NCBI GenBank assembly: GCA_023415395.1
Contig: JAEZKN010000152.1
Coordinates: 1 to 40,766, forward strand
From: Actinomycetes bacterium
GTDB taxonomy: Bacteria; Actinomycetota; Actinomycetes; Propionibacteriales; Nocardioidaceae
Direction: 5' to 3'
Length of the DNA: 40,766 nucleotides
Notes under the pieces: generated by a model
Databases searched by the model: none
What the model saw: the letters and a program-made list of their open reading frames with translations, nothing else
Told to the model about the DNA's origin: nothing
Shown here: positions 1 through 8,884 of the stretch, piece after piece
How positions within the stretch are numbered: position 1 is the stretch's first letter
How the letters are laid out: each line of letters begins with the position of its first letter
Position numbers and translations under genes: made by a program

Positions 1-52
1 GGGCGTCACGGGACCCGAGTCCACGACGACTCCCTCACGTGCCACGGTCAGC

Positions 53-1351
53 TCATCCCTCCTGGTCGGCTGCCTGCTGCGTCGCGTCGACGACGTCCTG
101 TGGCGAGCCCTGACCGGCGAAGAGCAGCCCGATCGCCTCGTTCATGGCCCCGCCGACCGACTCCCCGAGGGTGGTGTCGAAGTAGACCTGGATGTACGGC
201 GCCTGGTCCCGGACCTCGATCAGGCCGGCCAGTGCCTTGTCGGCGACCGAGTCGACCGCGGCGGGGTTCGTGGGCAGGCCCATGGAGTTCTCCGCGAACC
301 CGATCTGCACGTCGTCGGAGAGCAGGTACTTCACGAACTCGACCGCCTCGTCCGGCGCGTCCTCCGCGACGGCCCAGGCGTCACCACCGCCGAGCGCGGC
401 CGCCGGGTCGCCCGCGCCGCCCTCGACCTCGGGGAACGGGAACCAGCCGGTCTTGTCGCCCAGGCCCTTGCCGTCGTCGGTGAGGCCCTGCATGACGCCC
501 GGCTCCCAGTGGCCCTGCATCTCCATCGCGACCTTGCCGGTCGCGAGCAGTCCGGACGCCGAGGTGGCGCCCTCCTGGGCCTTGGTGGCCAGGAAGCCCT
601 GGTTGAACGGCTCGACCCCGAGGATGTCCTCGACCGTCTCGCCGGCCGCGACGAAGCACGGGTCGGAGAAGTCCTTCTCGGCCAGGGCGTTGTCGAGGAC
701 GTCCTGGGAGCACTGCCGCAGCGCGGCGTAGTACCAGTAGTGGCCCGACGGCCAGCCGTCGCCCGCGCCGACCGAGACCGGCTCGATGCCGGCGTCCTTG
801 AGCTTGGCGACGGCGTCCTCCCACTCGCCGAGCGTGGTCGGCTCGTCGGTGATCCCGGCCTGCTCGAACAGCTCGGTGTTGTACCAGAACCCGACGATGC
901 CGAAGCTGAACGGCAGGGCGTAGGTCTGCCCGTCGATCTGCCAGTTCGGCATCGCCTCGCCGATCTTCTCGACCTCCTCCGACACGTCGTCGGAGATGTC
1001 GCGCACCAGGCCGGCCTCGACGTGGTCGGCGAGCTCGCCGCCGCCACGCTCCATGTAGATGTCCGGCACGTCACCGCTCTGGAACGCGGCCGAGAGCTTG
1101 TCGACCATGTCCTCGTGCGCCATCGCGCTGATCTTGACGTCCACCCCCGGGTGGTCGGCCTCGAAGTCCTTCGCGACCTGCTCGTAGTAGCCCCGGCCGG
1201 GTTCGTTGTTGGAGTTGTGCCACCACGTGATGGTGGTGGCCCCGCTCTCGTTCTCCGACGAATCGTCGTCGTCACCGCCACAGGCGGCACCGACCAGCAA
1301 GACGCCGGCGCAGAGCGCGGCGAGCGCCGCGTTGCGTGTCTTCGACCTCAT
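53..1351 (-). CDS. Carbohydrate ABC transporter substrate-binding lipoprotein (CUT1 family)
   Basis: Lipoprotein signal ending in a lipobox (VGAAC), SBP family 1 motifs (GDVPDIY, YALPFSFGIVGFWYNTELFEQAGI, GKVAMEMQGHW), GGAG RBS upstream. Confidence 0.9.
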   Translation of the reverse strand: MRSKTRNAALAALCAGVLLVGAACGGDDDDSSENESGATTITWWHNSNNEPGRGYYEQVAKDFEADHPGVDVKISAMAHEDMVDKLSAAFQSGDVPDIYMERGGGELADHVEAGLVRDISDDVSEEVEKIGEAMPNWQIDGQTYALPFSFGIVGFWYNTELFEQAGITDEPTTLGEWEDAVAKLKDAGIEPVSVGAGDGWPSGHYWYYAALRQCSQDVLDNALAEKDFSDPCFVAAGETVEDILGVEPFNQGFLATKAQEGATSASGLLATGKVAMEMQGHWEPGVMQGLTDDGKGLGDKTGWFPFPEVEGGAGDPAAALGGGDAWAVAEDAPDEAVEFVKYLLSDDVQIGFAENSMGLPTNPAAVDSVADKALAGLIEVRDQAPYIQVYFDTTLGESVGGAMNEAIGLLFAGQGSPQDVVDATQQAADQEG

Positions 1352-1404
1352 GGATTGCTCCTCCGTCCCGCCTCACCGCCCGATGAGGCGCTCGTCACAG
1401 GAGG

Positions 1405-1453
1405 AACGTGTCACTGGTCACACCATGTGTCAATCGTTGTCGATAACGTTTTC
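1405..1453 (-). promoter_or_regulatory. Putative promoter of the SBP gene with a LacI-type operator
   Basis: Minus strand TTGACA (1433-1428), 17-nt spacer, CACGTT (1410-1405); imperfect palindrome GAAAACGTTATC (1453-1442) of LacI-family type just upstream of the -35. Confidence 0.5.
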
Positions 1454-1465
1454 CACTTTCGAAAA

Positions 1466-1678
1466 TCAGGTCTGGTCGGGGACGTACTCCAAGACGTCGC
1501 CCGGCTGGCACTCCAGCACGCGGCAGATGGCCTCGAGCGTGCTGAAGCGGATCGCCCGCGCCCGACCGTTCTTGAGCACGGCCACGTTGGCCGGCGTCAG
1601 ACCCACCCTCTCGGCGAACTCCCCCACGCTCATCTTGCGCCGCGCGAGCTGGACGTCGATGCGCACGACGATCGCCAT
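1466..1678 (-). CDS. XRE/Cro-C1 HTH regulator (YozG-like)
   Basis: 70 aa, AERVGLTPANVAVLKNGRARAIRFSTLEAICRVLECQPGD signature; 1-bp overlap with the DUF2975 gene. Confidence 0.9.
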   Translation of the reverse strand: MAIVVRIDVQLARRKMSVGEFAERVGLTPANVAVLKNGRARAIRFSTLEAICRVLECQPGDVLEYVPDQT

Positions 1679-2157
1679 CAGATCACCCCGTCGAGGTCGC
1701 TGCGCAGGACCGTGGCCTGGCGCAGCAGCTCGCGCATCACCGCCATGAGGAGCACGACCACCGCCGCGGCGAGCACGACCGCGAACAGCGCGATCGCGTC
1801 ACCGGGGTCGTCGGCTTGCGCGACCGCGTAGAGGCTCAGCCCAGCCAGCAGCACCCAGGCGACGCCCATCGCGGCGAGGATCGCGTCCACCCAGGCGAAC
1901 GCGCCCACGGTGAAGATGCGCTGCTCGCGCACCATGCCCAGGAGGCGCCAGGTGCACACGATCACCACCTGGACGCAGAGCAGCTCCACGACCGCCCACG
2001 CGGTCAGCGGCCAGCGCAGGTGGGCCAGGTCGGGGTTCTCCTGCGCCAGGTGCCGGAACTGACCGGGCATCGAGAGCGTCTGGAGGACGACCGTGAGCAG
2101 GAACGCGCCCACGAGGAGCGCCTTGAGCAACGGGACCGCACGGGAGGCCAAGGTCAT
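1678..2157 (-). CDS. DUF2975-family membrane protein
   Basis: Four hydrophobic segments, C-terminal LRSDLDGVI motif, canonical pairing with a YozG-like HTH gene. Confidence 0.85.
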   Translation of the reverse strand: MTLASRAVPLLKALLVGAFLLTVVLQTLSMPGQFRHLAQENPDLAHLRWPLTAWAVVELLCVQVVIVCTWRLLGMVREQRIFTVGAFAWVDAILAAMGVAWVLLAGLSLYAVAQADDPGDAIALFAVVLAAAVVVLLMAVMRELLRQATVLRSDLDGVI

Positions 2158-2188
2158 GCATCGATCATCAATGCAAACCTATCGTTTA

Positions 2189-2773
2189 TCAAGAGAACGC
2201 GCGGCCGAACAGCGCATCGGCCGCCGCACGGGCGTTGGCGAACGGCGCTCGGGCGGCCCGCATCCCGGCCAGGACGACGGCCCCTTCGTGGAGCAGCAGC
2301 AGCTGCTCACCGGTGGCTGCCGGGTCCGCGGCGCCGGCGGCGCGCGCCAGGCCCACGAAGAGGTCGAGCATCCAGGCCTTCTGGCCGACGATCACGGCGT
2401 ACGCCGGGTGGGCGGGATCGTCGATCTCGGCGTGCGCGTTCACCATCGCGCAGCCGTGTCCGCCCCGCTCGGCGGCCCACTCCTCCGCGGCGTCGAAGAC
2501 CGCACGCAGGCGCGCCCGGGGGTCGTCGCCGGACGCGGGGAGCGACGCGAGGGCCTCGAGGTGCTCGCGCCAGGCCCGGTCACGGGCAGCGAGGTACTCG
2601 GCGACCAATCGGTCCTTGGAGCCGAAGCGGTCGTAGAGCGTCTTCTTCGTGACGCCCGCGGCCGCCGCGATCGCGTCCACGCCGACCGCGTGGATGCCGC
2701 GGGCGTAGAACAGGGCGGCTGCGGCGTCCAGCACCGCGTGCGCCTTCGGGGTCCACTCGATCTGCTCGACCAT
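2189..2773 (-). CDS. TetR-family transcriptional regulator
   Basis: N-terminal HTH (LFYARGIHAVGVDAIAAAAGVTKKTLYDRFGSKD), GCAMVN motif; divergent from the EamA gene. Confidence 0.92.
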   Translation of the reverse strand: MVEQIEWTPKAHAVLDAAAALFYARGIHAVGVDAIAAAAGVTKKTLYDRFGSKDRLVAEYLAARDRAWREHLEALASLPASGDDPRARLRAVFDAAEEWAAERGGHGCAMVNAHAEIDDPAHPAYAVIVGQKAWMLDLFVGLARAAGAADPAATGEQLLLLHEGAVVLAGMRAARAPFANARAAADALFGRAFS

Positions 2774-2779
2774 CCCCTC

Positions 2780-2826
2780 ACTATACCGTTCAGTATAGTC
2801 AACCCATGGGTAAACCGATCGGTCTA
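2780..2826. promoter_or_regulatory. Two TetR operators and back-to-back leaderless -10 boxes
   Basis: Palindrome ACTATACCGTTCAGTATAGT (2780-2799) and related TAAACCGATCGGTCTA (2811-2826); TATAGT lies 6 nt before each divergent ATG. Confidence 0.7.
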
Positions 2827-3759
2827 TTCTTCCTCGGCGCGGCGTTCGTCCTCTCCTGGTCCTCGGGGTTCGTCGGCGCCAAGCTCGGGACCGGCGACGC
2901 GCCGGTGCCGACGGTGCTCATGTGGCGGTTCCTGCCGGCCGCGGCCGTGCTGGTGACGGTGCTGGCCGTCCGCGGGGGTCCGTGGCTCACGGCGCGATCG
3001 ACCGGGCGGCACGTGGTCGTCGGCCTGCTGTCCCAGGCGACCTACCTGCTCACGGTCTACGGCGCCATCGGGCTCGGCGTCAGCACCGGCACGACCGCCC
3101 TGATCGACGGCGTCCAGCCGCTGGTCGCGGCCGCCCTCGTCGGTCCGCTGCTCGGGCTGGCGGTGACCGGACGCCAGTGGGTCGGGCTGGCCCTGGGGCT
3201 GGTCGGGGTGGCGGCGGTGACCTGGGCCGACGCGAGCGCCCCGGCCACGAGCGCGCCCGCCGCGGCGTATGCGCTGCCGTTCCTCGGCATGCTCGGACTC
3301 GTCGCCTCCACGATCCTCGAGCGGCGCGCCCCCGAGCGCGTGCCACCCCTGACCGCGCTGACCGTGCACTGCGCGACGTCGGCGGTGGTCCTCACCGGGC
3401 TCGCGGTCGCCACCGGCACCGCCGTCCCGCCGGCCACGCCGTCGTTCTGGGTCGCCACGGCCTGGCTCGTGGTGCTGCCGACCGTGGGTGGCTACGGGCT
3501 CTACTGGGTCCTGGTCGAACGGATCGGGGTGACCGCGGTCAACGGACTGATGTTCCTCATCGCGCCGGTGACGGCCGTGTGGGGTGCGCTGATGTTCGGC
3601 GAGCCCTTCACGCTCGCGACGGCGGCCGGCCTGGCGCTCGCCCTGGCCGCCGCGGCGACGGTCAGCCGACCGACCGGTCGCCGGTCCAGAACTGCGCCCG
3701 CAGAGCCTTCTTGTCCGGCTTCCCCAGCCCGGTCAGCGGGAGCGACTCGGCGACGATGA
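2806..3759 (+). CDS. DMT/EamA-family transporter
   Basis: About 10 TM segments, SWSSGFVGAK, LMWRF and GVSTGTTALIDGVQPL motifs; the hydrophilic tail overlaps fadD8 by 98 bp. Confidence 0.88.
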   Translation: MGKPIGLFFLGAAFVLSWSSGFVGAKLGTGDAPVPTVLMWRFLPAAAVLVTVLAVRGGPWLTARSTGRHVVVGLLSQATYLLTVYGAIGLGVSTGTTALIDGVQPLVAAALVGPLLGLAVTGRQWVGLALGLVGVAAVTWADASAPATSAPAAAYALPFLGMLGLVASTILERRAPERVPPLTALTVHCATSAVVLTGLAVATGTAVPPATPSFWVATAWLVVLPTVGGYGLYWVLVERIGVTAVNGLMFLIAPVTAVWGALMFGEPFTLATAAGLALALAAAATVSRPTGRRSRTAPAEPSCPASPARSAGATRRR

Positions 3760-5266
3760 CCTGCTTGGGCGCCTGCACCGAGCCCTTGCGCTCCTTGACC
3801 ATCTCCTGGATCTCCGCGGTCATGGTGGCGACCGCGTCCTCGTCGCGCGGGGCGTCCTGGCGGAGCACGACGATCGCGGTCACCGCCTCGCCGAACTTCT
3901 CGTGCGGCGTGCCGATCACGCCGACCTGGGCCACCGCCGGGTGCTCGGCGACCACGTCCTCGACCTCGCGCGGGAAGACGTTGAAGCCGCCGGTGACGAT
4001 CATGTCCTTGGTCCGGTCGACGATGTACCAGAAGCCGTCCTCGTCCTCGCGCGCCACGTCGCCGGTGTGCATCCAGCCGTCACGGAAGGTCTCGGCGGTC
4101 TCGTCGGGCAGGTTCCAGTAGCCGCCGGCCAGCAAGGGCCCGGCCACGCAGATCTCGCCCGGCTCCCCCACCGGCACCGGCTTGCCGTGCTCGTCGAGGA
4201 GCGCGGTGCGGATGAACGCCGACGGGCGGCCGCAGGACGCGAGGCGGCGGTCGTCGCCGCTGACGTGGTCCTGCTTGGACAGGTAGGTGATGGCCATCGG
4301 CGCCTCGGACTGCCCGTAGTACTGGGCGAAGATCGGGCCGAAGCGGTCGATCGCCTCCTTCAGCCGCACCGGGTTGATCGCGGAGGCGCCGTAGTAGACG
4401 GTCTCCAGCGAGGACAGGTCGCGGGTGCGCGAGTCGGGATGGTCCAGCAGCGCATAGAGCATGGACGGGACCAGCATCGTCGCCTGGATCCGCTGCTCCT
4501 CGATCGTGCGGAGCACCTCGGCCGGGTCGAACCTGGCCAGCACGTAGAGGCAGCCGCCCTTGAGCACGGTCGGGACGAAGAACGCCGCGCCCGCGTGCGA
4601 CAGCGGCGTGCACATGAGGAAGCGCGGTGACTCCGGCCACTCCCACTCCGACATCTGGATCTGGGTCATCGTGTTCATCTGCCGCGACAGGCCGATGACG
4701 CCCTTGGGCTTGCCGGTCGTGCCGCCGGTGTAGGTGATCGAGACGATGTGCTCCGGGTCGAGCGTGACGGCCTCCAACGGCTGCGGGTCGAACGACGCCG
4801 CCGCGGCGTTGAGGTCGTGGCCGACGTGGCTGAGCTCCTCGGGCACGGGCCCGATGGTCAGGACCTTCTCCAGCTTCGGGCACTTCTCCAGCAGGCCGAG
4901 GGCGCGCTCGACGAACATCGGCACGGGATCGATGGTGATGCTGGTGATCTCGGCGTCGTTGATGACGTAGGCGTGGTCGTCGAGCGAGCCCAACGGGTGC
5001 AGGGACGTGCGCCGGTAGCCCTGCGTCTGGCCCGCGCCGAGGATGAACAGCACCTCGGGGCGGTTGAGCGCGAGCAGCGCACCGGCCGTGCCGCGACCGG
5101 CACCGAGGGCCTCGAAGGCCTGCACGTACTGGCTCATCCGCTCCGCGGCCTGGCCCCCGGTGATCGTCGTGTCGCCGAGGTGCATCACCGGCTTGTCCCG
5201 GTGCCGCTTGAGCGCGGCCACCATGAGGTGGCCGTTGTGGATCCCGAGGCGCATCTCGTCCGTCAT
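3662..5266 (-). CDS. fadD8: Acyl-CoA synthetase, FadD8 (Rv0551c)-like
   Basis: AMP-binding motifs YTGGTTGKPKG, YGQSE, GWMHTGD, GLGKPDK; HNGHL..ALKRH and QMSEWEWPESPRFLMCTPLSHAG segments match FadD8 as recalled; KstR site upstream. Confidence 0.85.
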   Translation of the reverse strand: MTDEMRLGIHNGHLMVAALKRHRDKPVMHLGDTTITGGQAAERMSQYVQAFEALGAGRGTAGALLALNRPEVLFILGAGQTQGYRRTSLHPLGSLDDHAYVINDAEITSITIDPVPMFVERALGLLEKCPKLEKVLTIGPVPEELSHVGHDLNAAAASFDPQPLEAVTLDPEHIVSITYTGGTTGKPKGVIGLSRQMNTMTQIQMSEWEWPESPRFLMCTPLSHAGAAFFVPTVLKGGCLYVLARFDPAEVLRTIEEQRIQATMLVPSMLYALLDHPDSRTRDLSSLETVYYGASAINPVRLKEAIDRFGPIFAQYYGQSEAPMAITYLSKQDHVSGDDRRLASCGRPSAFIRTALLDEHGKPVPVGEPGEICVAGPLLAGGYWNLPDETAETFRDGWMHTGDVAREDEDGFWYIVDRTKDMIVTGGFNVFPREVEDVVAEHPAVAQVGVIGTPHEKFGEAVTAIVVLRQDAPRDEDAVATMTAEIQEMVKERKGSVQAPKQVIVAESLPLTGLGKPDKKALRAQFWTGDRSVG

Positions 5267-5278
5267 GGGACCCGAGAC

Positions 5279-5292
5279 TAGAACGTGTTCTA
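5279..5292. promoter_or_regulatory. KstR operator upstream of fadD8
   Basis: TAGAACGTGTTCTA fits TnnAACnnGTTnnA and overlaps the minus-strand -10 TAGTCT. Confidence 0.9.
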
Positions 5293-5323
5293 GCGCAGGG
5301 CAACGCCGTGGCGCCCCGGCCCC

Positions 5324-6556
5324 TCAGACCAGGGCGGGCTCGCGCACCGGGGCGGCCGTGCGGACCAGGGCGGCCCCGACCGCGCAGGCCAGGACGGTCC
5401 CGACCATCACGCAGACCATCGGGACCGCCGAGTGCTCCCCGCCGAGCCCGACCAACGGGGCGACCAGGGCGGCCACGCCGAACTGGGTCCCGCCCAGGAG
5501 GGCGGCGCCCGTGCCGGTGCGGGGCTTGGCCCGCACCAGGGCGATGGCGTTGCAGTTGCCCGCGATGAAGGCGTGGGCCCCCTGCAGGAGCAGGAACCCG
5601 GTGACCATGCCGACCAGCGGGAGGTCGAGCAGGAGCACGCACACCACGAGCACGGTGACGCCGAGCGCCTGGACCACGGCGCCGACGATGACCAGCCGCT
5701 GGGGCGCCACGGTGCGCACGAGGCGACGGTTCACCATGATCAGCGCGACCATGGCCGCTGCGGTGCTGGCGAAGATCGCCGAGTAGGCGTACTTCGAGAG
5801 GCCCATCACGCTCTGGATCACGAAAGGGCTGCCGGCGATGTAGGCGAACAGGGTGCCGAACCCGGCGGCCACGGCGACCAGGCAGCCGACGTAGCCCCGG
5901 TCGGCGAGGAGCACGCGGCCGTCGGTGGCGATCCGGCGGAGCCCGCCGGCGCTGCCGGCGTCGCCGGCCCCGGGCGTGACGGTCTCGGGGACCGTGCGGA
6001 AGATCGCCACCGACATGCACAGCGTCATGGCGAAGAGCAGCCAGAAGGCCGCGCGCCAGCCCAGCGGTCCGATGAGCACACCGCCCAGCACGGGCGCGGC
6101 GATGGGCGCGACCGACTGGACGGCGGCGAGGGTCGAGAACGCGCGGGCGGCACCGACCCCGGTCGAGAGGTCGGCGACCACCGCCCGGGCCACGACCATC
6201 ACCGCGCCGGTGGCCAGGCCCTGCACCGCGCGCATGGCCACGAGCAGCCAGATCGATCCGGCCAGCGCGCAGGCGAGGCTCGCGACGACTCCGGCGGCGA
6301 TGCCGACCAGCAGCACCGGGCGTCGCCCGACCTGGTCCGAGAGCGCACCCCAGACGACCTGCCCGAGAGCGGTGGCGAGGAGGAACGCCGTCAGCGTGAG
6401 CTGGACCTGCGCGGCAGTGGCGTCCAGGTCGTCGGCGATGTCCGGGAGCCCGGGCAGGTAGGTGTCGATGGCGAAGGGCGGGAAGCCGCTGCAGGCCGCC
6501 AGCACGAGCATGAGCGGGACGGTGAGGCTGGTGGCCGGTCGTCGCGGCGTGCCCAA
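5324..6556 (-). CDS. Bcr/CflA-family MFS efflux transporter
   Basis: IDTYLPGLP, VQLTLT, GALSDQVGRRPV motif A; about 12 TM segments; TTG start with GAAAGG RBS. Confidence 0.88.
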   Translation of the reverse strand: MGTPRRPATSLTVPLMLVLAACSGFPPFAIDTYLPGLPDIADDLDATAAQVQLTLTAFLLATALGQVVWGALSDQVGRRPVLLVGIAAGVVASLACALAGSIWLLVAMRAVQGLATGAVMVVARAVVADLSTGVGAARAFSTLAAVQSVAPIAAPVLGGVLIGPLGWRAAFWLLFAMTLCMSVAIFRTVPETVTPGAGDAGSAGGLRRIATDGRVLLADRGYVGCLVAVAAGFGTLFAYIAGSPFVIQSVMGLSKYAYSAIFASTAAAMVALIMVNRRLVRTVAPQRLVIVGAVVQALGVTVLVVCVLLLDLPLVGMVTGFLLLQGAHAFIAGNCNAIALVRAKPRTGTGAALLGGTQFGVAALVAPLVGLGGEHSAVPMVCVMVGTVLACAVGAALVRTAAPVREPALV

Positions 6557-6710
6557 CGTGGAGCCTTTCGTGGAGGAGACTGCTCGACTGCGGGGTTCCG
6601 CGGGAGCGGTCGTCCCGAGCAGCCGACGGCCGCGGTCCTACGCCGCGACGTCGGTGATTCTCCTGCCGATCTCCGCCACCGGACCGCCGAGGTCGCGGCG
6701 CTGAGACGGC

Positions 6711-7754
6711 TCAGGCGAGCAGCTCGGCGACCGAGCGGACCTCGTCGGCGGAGCGGCAGCTGAGCAGCAGCGTGGTCACGCCGGTCTCCTCCCACTGCGC
6801 GACCCGCTCCTTGACCTCGCCCGCGGCGCCGATGATGTGCATGTCGTCGACCAGCTCGTCGGGGATGAGGGCGGTGGCCTTGTCCTTCTCACCGCTGAGG
6901 TAGAGCTCCTGGACCTCCTTGGCCAGGTCCGCGTAGCCCATGCGGACGAAGACCTGGTTGTGGAAGTTGGCCTCCTTGGCGCCCATGCCGCCCATGTAGA
7001 GCGAGACGAACGGCCGCATGGCATCGAGGACCGCCGCCTTCTCCTCGGCGTTCGCCACCACCTGCAGGTGGCAGGTCGCGGCGATCTCGAAGTCGGCCCG
7101 GGTGCGGCGGGCGCCGGGTCGGGCGAAGCCCTCGTCGAGCCAGGGCTGGTACATGCCCGCCGACTTCGGCGTGTAGAAGATCGGGATCCAGCCGTCGGCG
7201 ATCTCGGCGGTCTGCGCGACGTTCTTCGGGCCCTCCGCACCCAGCCAGATCGGCACGTCCGCGCGCAGCGGGTGGACGATCGGCTTGAGCGGCTTGCCCA
7301 GGCCGACCGAGCCCTCCCCGGTGAACGGGAGCGGGTAGTGCGGGCCGTCGTTCGTGACCGAGCCCTCGCGGGCCAGGACCTTGCGGATGATGTCGACGAC
7401 CTCGCGGGTGCGGGCCAGCGGCTTGCCGAACGGCTGGCCGTACCAGCCCTCGACGACCTGCGGGCCGCTCACGCCCATGCCGAGGATCACCCGCCCGTTG
7501 CTCAGGTGGTCGAGCGTCAGCACGTGCATGGCGATCGAGGTCGGCGCGCGGCCCGACATCTGCACGATCGACGTGCCGAGCTTGATGCGGGAGGTGTCCC
7601 TGCCCCACCAGGCGAGCGGAGTGAACGCGTCGCTCCCCCACGCCTCGGCGGTGAAGATGGCGTCGAAGCCGGCGTCCTCGGCCGCGGCGACGAGCTCGCC
7701 GACTCCGTGCGGGGGCTGGGCGCCCCAGTAGCCGAGCTGCAGTCCGAGCTTCAT
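6711..7754 (-). CDS. LLM-class F420-dependent oxidoreductase (Rv3520c-like)
   Basis: Start at MKLGLQLGYWG with GGAGG RBS; AEAWGSDA, GVSGPQVVEGWYG, GAEGPKN motifs; syntenic with Rv3521-ltp4-ltp3. Confidence 0.88.
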   Translation of the reverse strand: MKLGLQLGYWGAQPPHGVGELVAAAEDAGFDAIFTAEAWGSDAFTPLAWWGRDTSRIKLGTSIVQMSGRAPTSIAMHVLTLDHLSNGRVILGMGVSGPQVVEGWYGQPFGKPLARTREVVDIIRKVLAREGSVTNDGPHYPLPFTGEGSVGLGKPLKPIVHPLRADVPIWLGAEGPKNVAQTAEIADGWIPIFYTPKSAGMYQPWLDEGFARPGARRTRADFEIAATCHLQVVANAEEKAAVLDAMRPFVSLYMGGMGAKEANFHNQVFVRMGYADLAKEVQELYLSGEKDKATALIPDELVDDMHIIGAAGEVKERVAQWEETGVTTLLLSCRSADEVRSVAELLA

Positions 7755-7787
7755 CTCATCTCCTCCGGGTGGGTTCTTGCCGAAGTG

Positions 7788-7801
7788 TAGAACGTGTTCT
7801 A
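7788..7801. promoter_or_regulatory. KstR operator between the divergent LLM and DUF35 genes
   Basis: TAGAACGTGTTCTA, overlapping -10 TAGTTT (7800-7805) 6 nt before the ATG at 7812. Confidence 0.9.
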
Positions 7802-7811
7802 GTTTCGGACC

Positions 7812-8873
7812 ATGACACGCACATTGTCGGCGCCGGTCACCGTAGCGTTCGACTACACCCGCTCCACGGGACCGGTCGTCGGGCGCTTCCTCACCGGCCT
7901 GCGCGACGGCCGCGTCGTCGGCGGTCGTACGTCGGAGGGCCGGGTCGTCGTGCCGCCCCCGGAGTTCGACCCCGTGACCCACGAGCAGGTCGACGACTTC
8001 GTCGAGGTGGCGCCGGTCGGCACCGTCACGTCGTGGACGTGGGTGCCGGAGCCGGTGAAGGGCCAGCCCTTCGACCGGCCGTTCGCCTTCGTGCTGGTCC
8101 AGCTCGACGGCGCCGACGTGCCGATGCTGCACGCGCTGGACGTGTCCTCGCCCGACGAGGTGTCGACCGGGATGCGGGTGCGGGTGCGGTGGGCGGAGGA
8201 TCGGGTCGGCGCGATCACCGACATCGCGTGCTTCGAGCCGGCGGGTGGTTTCGAGACAGGCGCTAGCGCGCCTTCCTCAACCACCGAGGGGACGACAGAT
8301 GCCAGCGCGCCTTCCTCAACCACCGAGGGGGCGACCGACGCTGGCGCGCCTTCCTCAACCACCGAGGAAACCGGCTCGACCACCGGGGTCGACCCCGTGA
8401 CCGGCGTCGTCGTGCCGGTGTCGCTGGACTACCTCTACGCCGCGAGCCCCGAGGAGTCGGCGTTCTACCGCGGGCTCAACGAGGGCCGGATCGTCGGGCA
8501 GCGCTGCCCCACCTGCCAGAAGGTCTACGTGCCGCCCCGCAGCGCCTGCCCGGCCGACGGGACGCCGACGTCGGAGGAGGTCGAGGTGTCGCAGACCGGC
8601 ACCATCACGACGTTCTGCATCGTCAACGTGCCCTTCCTCGGTCAGAAGATCACGCCGCCGTACGTCTCGGCCTACGTGCTGCTCGACGGGGCCGACATCG
8701 CGGTCCTCCACCTGATCCTCGGCGTCCCGGCCGAGGAGGTGCGGATGGGCATGCGGGTGAAGGCGGTCTGGAAGCCGCGGGAGGAGTGGACCTACTCCCT
8801 GGAGAACATCGACCACTTCGAGCCCACCGGCGATCCCGACGCCGACTACGAGACCTACCGCCACCACCTCTGA
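7812..8873 (+). CDS. Tandem DUF35 OB-fold/Zn-ribbon protein (Rv3521-like), partner of Ltp3/Ltp4
   Basis: Two DUF35 halves (YTRSTGP..FLTGLR; CPTC..VYVPPRSAC; GMRV); the linker carries repeat-derived sequence. Confidence 0.88.
   Translation: MTRTLSAPVTVAFDYTRSTGPVVGRFLTGLRDGRVVGGRTSEGRVVVPPPEFDPVTHEQVDDFVEVAPVGTVTSWTWVPEPVKGQPFDRPFAFVLVQLDGADVPMLHALDVSSPDEVSTGMRVRVRWAEDRVGAITDIACFEPAGGFETGASAPSSTTEGTTDASAPSSTTEGATDAGAPSSTTEETGSTTGVDPVTGVVVPVSLDYLYAASPEESAFYRGLNEGRIVGQRCPTCQKVYVPPRSACPADGTPTSEEVEVSQTGTITTFCIVNVPFLGQKITPPYVSAYVLLDGADIAVLHLILGVPAEEVRMGMRVKAVWKPREEWTYSLENIDHFEPTGDPDADYETYRHHL
8244..8378 (+). repeat. 42-bp REP-like hairpin (8244-8285) followed by 39-bp tandem derivatives, in frame within the CDS
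   Basis: GGTGGTT-tc-GAG-ac-AGGCGC-tagc-GCGCCT-tc-CTC-AACCACC; units containing GCGCGCCTTCCTCAACCACCGAGG start at 8262, 8301 and 8340. Confidence 0.9.
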
Positions 8874-8884
8874 GGGGCTGACAG

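Noticed and set aside
8262..8378. Repeat-spacer appearance suggesting a mini CRISPR array
   Set aside because: The period is only 39 bp, the spacers are about 12-15 bp and similar to each other, the array is in frame within a CDS, and no cas genes are present
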